From: Leucoraja erinacea | Lineage: Eukaryota | Reading direction: 5' to 3' | NCBI RefSeq assembly: GCF_028641065.1 | Contig: NC_073396.1 | Span: forward strand, 3,100,001 to 3,164,000 | DNA length: 64,000 nucleotides | Program-made: the position numbers and the translations under genes | In this document: positions 23,783 through 35,700 of the stretch, piece by piece | How positions within the stretch are numbered: the first letter of the stretch is position 1 | Layout: every line of letters starts with the position of its first letter | Notes under the pieces: generated by a model | What the model was told of the DNA's origin: nothing | Seen by the model: only the letters and a program-made list of their open reading frames with translations | The model's database searches: none

Positions 23783-26337
23783 TTTTGTTCAGATGTATAA
23801 TGTGAAAATTTGTTTGCACTAATTTCATGTATTCTCCTTGCCCTTTTCCCACCCAGCTGAGAACAGTTGACACTAGCCACTGTGCAATCTGTGCATGTTT
23901 GCAACTACGAGTGGGGATGAAGCCAAATGCTAAGAGTTACATTCATACAAAGTGTTTCTTTTGCACATTTCCCACCAAGGTGAGGCCGGGGGATTGTTCT
24001 CGAGTTTTTGTCCCCTTTCCATGACCTGCTGAGTTCCACCATTCTCTGGCTGTGGCCTTAGACAATAGACAAGAGGTGCAGGAGTAGGCCATTCGGCCCT
24101 TCGAGCCAGCACCGCCATTCAATGTGATCATGGCTGATCATCCCCAATCAGTACCCCGTTCCTGCCTTCTCCCCGTTCCGGCCTTGTCAGGAGAGGGCTT
24201 GTTGCTGGGACAAACCTTTCCAGATTCGCCAATGAAATATCGGGTATCATGCACAGTAAGGTTGGGATATTTGGGATGAAATGAGCCATTGATTGACGTA
24301 GAGAGTCAATGCTTCAATCCAGGGTGAAGTGACCCACAAAACTCCGATATATTTTGAACACTCCTTTGAGACCTGTTAGCCCAATAGCTCTAACACCCTT
24401 TGGCACTGATTAATTTGAAAGCCTGAAGAACAATATTGCACATTGCCGATGTGGTCACAGTTCATTGTCTAACCATGTAGAACCTGCCAGCGTGTCCCAA
24501 ACAACAGGTGAAGTTATGGGTGCAAAACATGAATTTCTAGCCCCTACCAGATTGATTTTGATTCATTGATGTCATTTAATTTCTTGTATAATGTGACCCA
24601 TTGTCAGTCTGTCTTGAGAGGTGATCTTGGGTTTAAAAACAAGGAATTCCCCACCTTCCCTGTCAGCTCGGAGATGTCTGCATGTCACGTACAGATGTAA
24701 CTGCATGCAGAAGCATGTTATTTTCATATTGGCGCAGTGTATTTTAAACCTTGCCTCAAGGTGTCCATACGTGTGACTGAAAACACTTTACAAGTAGGCT
24801 TAGAGAGCCTGTAACTATATGAAGTGATGGTGTGCATGGAAAATCACCCTCAAATATGAATATATGTTCCAGGGATAGAATTTAACAATGTGGTTTCTAA
24901 ATTCTTTAAAAATGCACAACGAACAATGAATAATGTTGCTTGTTCAGAACTGTAATCACTGGTGAAATGAAGTTAACAAATCCTACTGCCACACGGCATC
25001 GCCCAACACCGTGACATGGGGTGGTGGTGGGGGGGGGGGGGGGGGGGGGTTGAATCAGCAGACCAAGATGGCTGGAAACCAGGGACTGCAGAGGCTGGTT
25101 AACATAAAAAGACACAAAATGTTGGAGTAACTCAGCAGGTCAGGCACCATCTCTGGAGAACATAAATAGGTAGCGCATTGGGTCAGGACCCTTCATTGGA
25201 CCGATTGTAGGGTGGGGTGAGGGGGTAGAGAAAGCTGGAAGAAGGGTCACGGTCCGAAATATCACCTATCTATGTTCTCCAGAGATGCTACATGACCCGC
25301 TGAGTTACTCCTGCACTCTGTGCCTTTTTTGTGGTGAAACAACTAACACTTTAAGTTCACAACACAAAGCCTGCTGTTGGGTTTATAATGTAAAGAAGGA
25401 TTGTTGGGATTTTGTAATGTATTAGAATTTGGTTATCACTGCAATTGATATTTTTAATACACGTTTTGATTCAGTCCCTTTTTTTTGTTGCACAGATAAG
25501 AGTCTAGCTTTTTGCCACTGGGCACCATATCCCTTAACATAAAGCATGCCCTCTTTGTCGATGTTCAACCAGATGGCAGCCTGACCTTTCAACTATTCCT
25601 CTTCAGTCCCTGCTTTCTAATCATGACGTGATCATTACAGCTTATTTAGCAGATTTCTGTGAAATCAAAACTCTCGTGCTTGTGGAGAAATCATTAATAT
25701 AAAGCAAATACTTTCTGCCAATGTCCTGATCAGGTGCAAAGGAATCCAGTCTGGTTGGAAAATAAATATGCAGTTCCTTATGTTTCTGCCAATACTTCCA
25801 AACTGATAATGTGTCAGAAGGAACTGCAGATGCTGGTTTAAACCGAAGTTAGACACAAACAGCTGGAGTAACTCAGTGGAACATGACAGAAAGACATTTC
25901 AAAGCTATGTGGGTTTTTTTAGATTAGAGGGCATGCATTATTACATCGATAGCTAAAATAACCACCCAGTGTCAAATACAAGAGTAAGATCAAGATGGAA
26001 TATGTTAGGCCCTGAAATATTACCAGTGTTTTAATTTCTGTTGGCAATATTTAAGTTTGCAAGACGTGTTGTTCATGCTACTATAATGTTTATCCAACTC
26101 AATGTGACCATAGTGTGTAAATTCTGACCCTGTTACTCGAAGGATTTTTTTTGAAGTACGTTTCAAAATGCACTTTCTTGCTTTTAATTTTGCACGAGAC
26201 TAAATTTTTTTTTAAATGCCAGATACTATTGTAACGTGTAATTATTGTGTCAATTTTTGTTTTGAAAATATATGTCTATTTAATGATTGTCTTGGAAAAT
26301 GTTGTGCCTTCCACTTGTAATCAAACATTGTGTACTT

Positions 26338-26343
26338 AATAAA
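26338..26343 (+). terminator. Candidate SMCR8 polyadenylation signal
   Basis: AATAAA at the end of an AU-rich stretch, followed by a GT/T-rich tract. It implies a 3' UTR of about 5.3 kb. Not verified. Confidence 0.4.
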
Positions 26344-26870
26344 ACATTTTGCAACTCATTCAAAACTTGAAATGTGTTTAAGTTTTTGTAATTGTCAAGT
26401 CGTTGAAGTTGTCCTTGCCCATATACTTTTTTTTTGTACCTGGAAGTCCAATGCTACTTCAAGTCAAGCGTGTTTTATTGTCATATGTCCCAGATAGAAC
26501 AATGACATTCTTATTTGCTGCAGCACAACAGAATATGTAAACATAGTACACTGTAAACTATCATAAACAAGAGAAAAGTTGAGTGTGTATACACATACTC
26601 ACACATAGAGATCATATACACACATCCACACATAGGTATACAGAAACAACAAACAAACTAGATTGATTATGCATGTCAACCAATCACATATAAGTTAGCA
26701 TCACTAACCCCACCCCACTATAACATTTATATTAACACTTGCTTCCAGCACTGCTCAGTTCGAGCAGCAGTTGGGATGTTCGGACATCTAACCATCCTTT
26801 ATGCTGTTAAAATGTATGTGTTGATTAGAGATGATTTTGGATCACATAGTGTGTTTGGGGTCTGTCTATA

Positions 26871-26930
26871 TGGTGTCAGAAGTGGGATTCGAACCCATGC
26901 CTCCAGTCGGAGACCAGAAATTGAGTCTGG
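26871..26930 (-). pseudogene. Processed, 5'-truncated tRNA-Leu(CAA) retrocopy with CCA tail
   Basis: Minus strand: CCAGA CT CAA TT TCTGG TCTCCGACTGGAGGC ATGGG TTCGAAT CCCAC TTCTGAC A CCA (anticodon arm, long variable arm, T arm, acceptor strand, CCA). Flanking direct repeat ggtctgtcta (26859-26868, 26931-26940). Confidence 0.9.
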
Positions 26931-27957
26931 GGTCTGTCTACACAAACAATAATACTGCATTAATAACAATCGTCTTGCGTATTGCGTGCCTAGCCTAAAG
27001 TTACCGGGCAACTTGTTCTATTTGATCTTATTTGAGTGCGCACGCCAGGTTGATTTCATTCATTGAAACAGGGCGGACCATGTGAAGGTTGCAATCTCCC
27101 TACCCCATTAATAACAATAATAGTATATATAGTTCAGAACTGCTTTGAGGCTGTAGGGAAGAAGCTGGAGCAGCTGTTGTTCCGTCATGTTAGTTTTTTT
27201 ATTTACATACATTTCAGGAACACAATCATATTAAGTATAAAGCCACACTGAGTCTGTACACAAGAATCCCCTCCTCTGGATAAAAGACGTGCAATTTACC
27301 TGATCTATCAAATAAACCAATGAGAGTCTGAATCGGTCAAGCTTGCGGTGGGTTTTTTTAAATGCACCTGCAGTCTTTGTTTTTCTTGGTTGAGATATTC
27401 ACCCAGCTCTTTCAAATGACGTCGGTTGACATGTTACACTAAATCAGGTAAAAAGCAGTTTAAAAAAAAACGTGAACTGCCCTCATTTATCATCTTCAAT
27501 TTGCATTTCTCCAGACAGATAAAGATTTAATTTCAAGCTTTCATTTCTGAAGCAACAAAAGTAATTGTCACCTGGACAAACCCATCAGACGTTCCCTTTG
27601 TCTCACCTACATGGAATAAAAGAAGGGTTTCGACCTGAAACGTCGCCTATTTCCTTCTCTCCATAGATGCTGCCTCACCCGCTGAGTTTCTACAGCATTT
27701 GTGTCTACATATGGAAAAAAAATGCTTGTTTTTGCACTTTTCCAACGTTATCACTTTCCACAGATGCTACTTTATGACAGTTTCTATTTTAGGTTATTTT
27801 TTATTGGGGGGGGGGGTTAATCATTATCCAGGCGTCTGCAATTGTTTCCCCTTAACCAACATGGAATGTCTCACTGAGCAACGATAATATACCATAGTGG
27901 TCAGGTGTCCTTGCCTTGGACATTGTGCTGTGATTTGGAGACAATGGGCCGCGCCTT

Positions 27958-28533
27958 GCATTATGGAAGCTGTAGTCCCCTGCCCGGTGCCGCCAATGCC
28001 ACCCACTGTACATCAGACTACATTCCCCATGAGGCTTTGAAATAAAGTTGAAACACCAGTCGAGGTACCTGCGTCTCGGGCGTTGCATTCTGGGAATTGT
28101 AGTCCCCATTATCGGTGCCGCCCAGGTTATCTACCGGTAATTGGACTACATCGCCCATCAGGCTGTGCGACGGTGACGCACGCGTTGCATTGTGGGAAGT
28201 GCTGCCTCTGCCGAACACCGTGCACCGGATTGACCATCAGACTGTGCGCCGATGACGCTGGCGTTGCATGGTGGGAGTTGTAGGCCCAATGTGAGCAGCC
28301 ACTTATCGCGTGACTACATCGTCCATCAGGCCGTGCGGCGGCGCCAGTGACGCAGGTGTTGCAGTGACGCAGTGACGCAGCCGCCAACGCCGCTGACCGA
28401 GGTGGAGACTGCATCGCCCATGAGGCCTTGCGGAGGCGCCAAGGACGCTGGCGGTGCATTGTGGGAGGTGTAGTCCACCGCCCGTAGCCAGCAGCGCCCT
28501 CCACCGGGCAAGAGACTACATCTCCCATGAGGC
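27958..28533. promoter_or_regulatory. Cluster of about 10 ZNF143/THAP11-type (ACTACAnnTCCCAnnATGC-like) motifs in the TMEM11 CpG-island promoter
   Basis: Minus-strand sites at 27958, 28085 (ACTACAATTCCCAGAATGC), 28187, 28266 and 28456. More degenerate plus-strand sites at 28017, 28145, 28313, 28408 and 28515. Confidence 0.75.
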
Positions 28534-28630
28534 AGCGCGGCGGCGCCCGGCCCAGGAGGGGGGGGGGGGGGGGTTGGGGGGGGAGGGGGACGAGCGGAGA
28601 GAAAAATTCCTGCCCTGGATGCCCGGCAAG

Positions 28631-28677
28631 ATGGCGGCTTGTGGTCGGAGGCGCGGAGTGGCGGGGATGAGGGAAAG
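28631..28677 (+). CDS. TMEM11: TMEM11 coding exon 1
   Basis: aagATGG start, MAACGRRRGVAGMRER (human recalled as MAAWGRRR...ARER). Donor AG|gtcagt, phase 2. Confidence 0.9.
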
Positions 28678-31600
28678 GTCAGTGGGAGAGGCGGTCATTG
28701 TACATCGGACGGGTAGACGGAACTCGTCCATTCACCACCACCGCTGCTGCTGCCGCCGGGCCCCATCCTCCACCTGCCCCGGGCCCATCCCCGCTTAAAC
28801 CGACACCGCGGCCTCCGTCCCCCAGCCCAGCGGCCAGGCCCCACGACCCCCACCCCGCAGCCCCGCTCCCCTTATACCGCCACTCCCAGCCCCGCTCCCC
28901 CGGCCCTGGCGCCCCCCCCCTCTGGCTCCAACCCCCCGGCTCCAGCCCAAGGTGGCCTCCACCACCCACAGCCGCGGGGTTTAATATTGACCAGGCGCTA
29001 ACTAAATGCAGGGTCGGTGGGCGAGGGCAGCGTCCCCCACCCACACCAACCCCAGGGGGTGAAGGTGAAGGGGGACAGGGCGTTATACAGTCAAACCCCT
29101 CATTCACCCCCTGTCAACACAACCCACCGTGCTCACAGCCAAAAGCCGTTGTTCTTTATTTAAACTTTATTTCATTACGAAAATATAAGCGAGGAATGCT
29201 ACAGGAACAGTGTAAGTGTACGATACAGGAGTAGAATTGGGCCGCTCGGCCCGTCGAGGCCACTCCGCCATTCAATCATGGCTGATTTCTGATTCCTAGT
29301 CCCATTCTCCTGCCTTCTCCCCATAACCCTTGACACCCGTTCTAATCAAGAATCTCTGCCTTAAAATTAACCACTGACTTGGCCTCCACAACCCACAATG
29401 AGTTCCGCAGATTCACCACCCGAAAGAAGTTCCTCTTCACCTCCTTTCTAAAAGAGTGCCCTTTAATTCTGTGGCAATGACCTCTAGTCCCAGACTCTTC
29501 CACCAGTGGAAACATCCACTCTATGTCCTGTGTATCCACTCAATGCCTTTCATTTTCCGGTAAGTTTCAATGAGGCGTCTCCCCCCCCCCCCCCTTAACC
29601 TTCTAAACTCCAGTGAGTACAGGCCCAGTGCTGTCAAAAGCTCATCGTATGCTTACCCCCCACCCCCCTCCATTCCTGGAATCATTCTTGTAAATGTCCT
29701 CTGGACCCACTCCAGAGCCAGCACATCCTTCCTCAGATATGCCCCCCCCCCCCTTACTATGTCTTCAGTAAATCAGCATATGCTGTTCCTTGTTCCTACT
29801 TATTTTTATTGCTGTCTGGATGAGGGAGTGTAAGGAGAGACCCAAAATGTTTGCAGTAACAGTGGGTCAGGCAGCATCTGTGGTGAAAAGGAAAGGTGAC
29901 ATTTTGGGTCGAGACCATTCTTCGGTCAGAAGTGGTTGGACAAACTTGGATTGTTTTCTCTGGAGGTTAAGGGGACATCTGGTCGAAGTATATAAAATAA
30001 TGAGAGGCATAGATAGGGTAGACAGTCAGAACTTTATCCCAGGGTGGAAATGTCACCCTAGACTAGACTAGAGGGCATAGCTTTCAGGTGAGAGGGGCAA
30101 AGTTTAAAGAAGATGTGCAGGGCAAGTTTTTTACGCTGTGGTTGGTGAGTGCCTGGAACATGCTGCCCAGGGTTGTGGTGGTGGATATAAACGTAGTAGT
30201 GTTTAAGAACCATTTTGACAGGCACGTGGATATGCTGGGAATGGAAGGATATGGGTGACGCACAGGCAGAAGAGATTCCTTTAATTTGGCACCATGATCA
30301 GCATGGACATTGTGGGCCGAAGGGCCTATTCCTGTGCTTTATTCTATTTTCTTAATTCTGGATGTTAAATTTCTCTTGGTGGCCACTGATCAATGCACTG
30401 AATTTACCATTCTGCACCACCTCAAGGTTTTGGGTAGGTCTCAATATTTTTCTCCCTAACCCTTATTTTTTTTAAGGGTCTGCTCACGTTTGATATAACA
30501 ATTAGCTTTTTCCTTCGTTGTCTGGTAATAATTAAAGTTAATCCAAAAAAAAATAAGCAACAGTTTTTGCAAATGCTTTACCTTTTTTTCTGTTTTTAAA
30601 CGGCAGTTGGATTATAAATTTCCATCTACGGAATACGGAAGACTAATTTTATTTCCGTTTGATTCTTCTTGAAGGCCTCGGCTATCGCTACATATCCCAT
30701 CACTTGAGTGCTGTGTATATTTGTATGTTAAAAGGTTGGTGTGTAGGTAAACCTATCAATAAGACAAAAATAGGCCCAACATCAAATACTTACTATACTG
30801 AACAGAACGGTCTATTTATAGGTAGATAGAAAAGCTGGAGAAACTCAGCATTTATGGAGCGAAGGAAATAGGCAACGTTTCGGGTCGAAACCCTTCTCGA
30901 GACTGATGACATGGTCTATTTCTTCAGACATGGTCTATTTATACTCTGGATGCATAAACAATGGATAAAATTATATCTTATTTGTATTGATTGTTAGGTC
31001 AACGGTATTTGCAAAAAAATATTTTGTGTTCACTTCAGCTTAATCCATTGAAGACAGTGAAAGCAGTAAAGTTACTTAGAAATAACGATTCTGAAGAAGG
31101 GTCTCGACCCAAAACGTCTCCTATTTCCTTCGCTCCATAGATGCTGCCTCATCCGCTGAGTTTCTCCAGCATTTTTGTCTACCTTTGCAATAACGATTGG
31201 TATGAGGCATGTGAATGTGGACAGAATTAGCACAACTAGTTGGTGCTAAAGTGGGATGAATCCCCAACAAAAGTAAAACACGCACGCATCAGATGTTAAT
31301 GTTACCCACTCTTTAAAAAGTAATGTGGTGTCAGGCAGTTCATTGCATCGCTTAAGAATAGACAAGAAGGTGTTTCCGATCTCTGGCATTTTTATTGCCT
31401 GTCCATTTTTAATACATGTATATCTGAAAATAAACTGCGGGGAAAAGTTTACAAGTTTTTGATCATAAAAGTCAACTCATAAAATCTGCAGCTTTGTTGA
31501 TACAGTTGAGAAGAATCAAATTTAAGTAAGTTAAATTTTCCACGTTCCATGGATGGAAATTTATAATCCAACTGTCCTTTCATGACAGAAAGGAAAAAGT

Positions 31601-32136
31601 CTTTGCACAGCACTGTTACTAAAAAATATCGGAAGAAGGGTCTCGATCCAAAACGTCGACTCTTCCTTCGCTCCATAGATGCTGCCTCACCCTGAGTTTC
31701 TCCAGCATTTTTATCTACCTTCAAAACATCTGAATGTACCTTGCAGTTAATGTGCTGCTACATTTATGTGATTTATATTTGGGATTATTATTTTCTTTAA
31801 TGTGTTCCAGTCATGATTTAGGTTTAGGACATCCCAAAGTAGTTCACATTCTGCAATACTTTTTGAAATATAATGACTATAGTAAGGAAAAGAACGGGCA
31901 CCTCCACAAGTAATCACGCTATAAAGTACATGAAATTGTTTCTGATCCGTGGCAAATTAGATAGTTCAAATATTTCAACAACACTTCCAATGTGAAAATT
32001 AACATTCTATTATTCCCAATGTTTTTCCTATTTCCCAACGGTATTGGCCGAGGGAGACCAGTGGGAATGTCCGTGCTGTTTGACATCCCGTCACCTAATC
32101 TTGAGCATCCACCTGAGACAGGAGATGGTGTAGTGA

Positions 32137-32246
32137 GTTTCAATTGATTTGAAAGCAATGCTTGCTTAATTTATATACCTGAGCCTATTAATGTTTATGT
32201 GTAGGAATGAACTGCAGACAGACACAAAATGCTGGAGTAACTCAGC
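32137..32246 (-). mobile_element. TSD-flanked copy of 35444-35554 (Penelope 3' end plus its unique flank)
   Basis: 32139-32249 matches 35444-35554 (111 bp, about 2 mismatches). 16-bp direct repeat ggagatggtgtagtga at 32121-32136 and 32247-32262. Confidence 0.85.
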
Positions 32247-32334
32247 GGAGATGGTGTAGTGACAGATTTTTATATCGTTTCAAGGATTAGTCCTTTAGTC
32301 ACTAATTGAAGACCGGGATCAGAAGATAATCGAT

Positions 32335-32790
32335 ACAATAGACAATAGGTGCAGGAGTAGGCCATCCGGCCCTTCGAGCCAGCACTGCCATTCAATGTGA
32401 TCATGGCTGATCATCCCCAATCAGTACCCCGTTCCTGCCTTCTCCCCATATCCCCTGACTCTGCTTTCTTTAAGAGCCCTATCTAGCTCTCTCTTGAAAG
32501 CATCCAGAGAACCGGCCTCCACCGCCCTCTGAGGCAGAGAATTCCACAGACTCACCCCTCTCTGTGAGAAAAAGTGTTTCCTCGTCTCCGTTCTAAATGG
32601 CTTACTCCTTATTCTTAAACAGTGGCCCCTGGTTCTGGACTCCCCCAACATCGGGAACATGTTTCCTGTCTCTATCATGTCCAAGCCCTTAACAATCTTA
32701 TATGTTTCAATGAGATTCAGAGCGTACAAGCCCAGCTGCTCCATTCTCTCAGCATACGACAGTCCCGCCATCCCGGGAATTAACCTTGTT
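32335..32790 (-). mobile_element. CR1 LINE 3' fragment (second subfamily, ctattgt tail)
   Basis: ORF 32421-32813: TRLIPGMAGLSY..LIETYKIVKGLD..SLWNSLPQRAVEAGSL. Similar copies at about 33735-34095, 35953-36348, 56895-57287 and 59735-60095. Confidence 0.85.
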
Positions 32791-35700
32791 ATGCACCCAC
32801 GAGCTCTCCACATTCAAAGCCGTCAAAAGATAAATCTTCCAAACACAGTCTCTTGATTAATGGTTTATTTATAGTAGTAGTAAAACGGTAAGATATTCAT
32901 CCAAACTTCTACTTGTATAAGTACATTTTAATCTTACTCGTGCATGGTCGAAAGCTGTGACCTCTCCCCCATGCTTCTTTAAACTAAACTAACTACTAGG
33001 GAGTCTGCGCAAGTATCCCAGCCGCAAACACGTCTCAGACTACGTACAAATCCCACCCACATAATTACAGGCAGATAAAATTTAAAGGTAACTGGTTATA
33101 GTTATAACATACTGAGTTAAGCTAAATGGCTTCTACAGGTGGTTCATCTGAACAGAAGGCTAATGTTCCCATTGCAAGTCCTGTTCAAATAACGTGCACT
33201 GTCTCATTGGTGTGTATTTCCGAACCATGACATCCAGATCTCACACTGAATATGAAAGAAGGAACTGCAGATGCTGGTTGAATGATTGACCACAAAAAAC
33301 TGGAGTAACTCAGCGGGAACGGCAGCATCTCTGGAGAGAAAGAATGGGTGATGTTTCGGTCCGAAATGTCGGCCATTCCTTCTCTCCAGAGATGTTGCCC
33401 GTCCCGCTGAGTTACTCCAGCTTTTTGTGTCTATTTTCACACTAAATACCTTGGGCCGTAAACATTTGTGGAAAAACTGATGTAATATTTTGAACATTGC
33501 CCTCAAGCTCCAAAGTGTCTAGTGTAGACAGCCTTGCACCATCTTGCGTTCCCGAGCTTTACACCTTTGATGAAGTATCAGGCATTTTATTATATCTGTT
33601 GTCATGAAAGATTCTCAACCTGAAGCACTAATTCTGTCTTCTATCCACAGATATTGCCTCATCTGCTGAGTACTTCCAGCATTTTCTTTTATCAATTCGG
33701 CTGAATTGTTGTGCTTCTTAGATTTGCTTCTTTTAAGAATAAGGGGTAAACCATTTAGAACGGAGACAAGGAAACACTTTTTCTCACAGAGGGCGGAGGA
33801 GGCCGGTTCTCTGGATACTTTCAAGAGAGAGCTAGATAGGGCTCTTTTTTTAACCTTTTTCTCTGGTTTGTATGGAAACTTATTATCTATTTTATGTAAA
33901 GCACTTTGGTGTCAATGCGAGTTGACTTAAAACGTGCTATATAAATAAAACTTACTTACTTACTTAAAGATAGCGGAGTCGGGGGATATGGGAAGAAGGT
34001 AGGAACAAGGTATCGATTGGGGATGATCAGCCCTGATCACATTGAATGGCAGTGATGGCTCAAAGGGCAGAATGGCCTACTCCTGCACCTATTGGGGGGG
34101 AAAGACCCCCAGTAAATTGGCTGGTAAAATATTTGGTTAGTATTCACTATTTCCTAAACTGTAATATTTCCAGGCAAGTCTGCTTTATCTCTATATAGAT
34201 AGTTAAAGATGTGTATATATAGAACTTTATCTATAATGTTAGTCTTTAAAGTCTAACGTTATAGATAAAGTTGTATACATCTTGGCTTCTCCAGTTCAAG
34301 TGACAATGATGTGTTAGTTGTTATTTCCTTTGCACAAACTTGCAACCACTCGACTCTGTTTATAGTTAGCGTCCTGATCAATGGAATGGAATCTTGGCTC
34401 ACAAGCCCCTTGCTTTACCCTCTCCCCGCCTTATGGCTGCATTGTCACCACTCATTCGCCTGTGTTCCAGACCCATTTACACTTCCGTCACTACACCTTC
34501 AATGTTAATAATTAACACCATGAGTTATTTCTTTTAGAGATGATTTGGTAAACATTTTTTTTCCAGCTGGGAACTCCTAAGGTCATAGATAGACACAAAA
34601 TGCAGGGGAAACTCTGCGGGACAGGCAGCATCTCTGGAGAGAAGGAGTGGGTGACGTTCGGGTCAAGATCCTCCTTCAGACTCCAGCATTTTGCGTCTAC
34701 ATTCGAATTAAACCAGCATCTGCAGTTCTTTCCGACACATCCTAAGGCCATGTACTGTTAACTTGTCGTTCACGTTTATCAGCTTAAAACTGGCAAACAG
34801 CCAGTTTGTCAAGTGTTTTGGCATTGATATGATAGTGTTCTGCTTATCAGCATATTAGTCCTTTACATACATTTATGCATCAGTTATGCTTCATATCCAC
34901 ATGCCAGCAGTACTGCAGTCTCTAGGACATGCAATTTCCTGAAAAATGCAAGACAACATGTTGGCTTCATATGTTCCAAAGAATGACGAAGGGTCTTGAC
35001 CTGAAACGTCACCCATTCCTTCTATCCAGAGATGGTTCCTGTCCAGCATTTGTGTCTATCTAAAGCAGCATCTGCAGCTCTTTCCTACACATAAAAACAA
35101 ATACTCAGATTTAAGCAAGCTTTGCTTTCAAATGAGTTGAATATATTATATCAGATGAATTCAAACTGTGTAGGTTTTTGTGTCTATCTTCAGTGTAAAC
35201 CAGCATCTGCAGTTCCTTCCTATACATTTTCTAATTCTATCTAGTTTTTTTACTGTTCCAGTCTGTTTCTATGCATTGATGTTAAGCAAATAATTTTATG
35301 GCAACTATTCTTGCTGATAGTTAATCAGTAAAAAAAAAAGTCTCTTCACCTGGTGTTTGAAGTACTTTGTGTGAACTTGTGAACACAGACTTGAAATCTT
35401 AAGTACTGTACCACAACAGTTTGAATGCATGTGATATAATATATTCAATTGATTTGAAAGCAATGCTTGCTTAATTTATATACCTGAGCCTATTAATGTT
35501 TACGTGTAGGAATGAACTGCAGATAGACACAAAATGCTGGAGTAACTCAGCGGAACAGGCAGCATCTCTGGTGAGAAGGAATGGGTGACGTTTCGGGTCG
35601 AGACCCTTTTTCAGAATATTAGTTTTTATTATTGATTGTCGAACTTCTGTACACTTTAAGTCCAAATACATTCTTGCCCTTATTAAAAGGGCATATGCAC

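Noticed and set aside
26871-26930. Functional tRNA-Leu gene
   Set aside because: It lacks the 5' acceptor strand, D arm and box A. The CCA tail and TSD mark it as a retrocopy.
28454-29234. Pro/Gly-rich ORFs around TMEM11 exon 1
   Set aside because: CpG-island artefacts. Only 28631-28677 is supported as coding.
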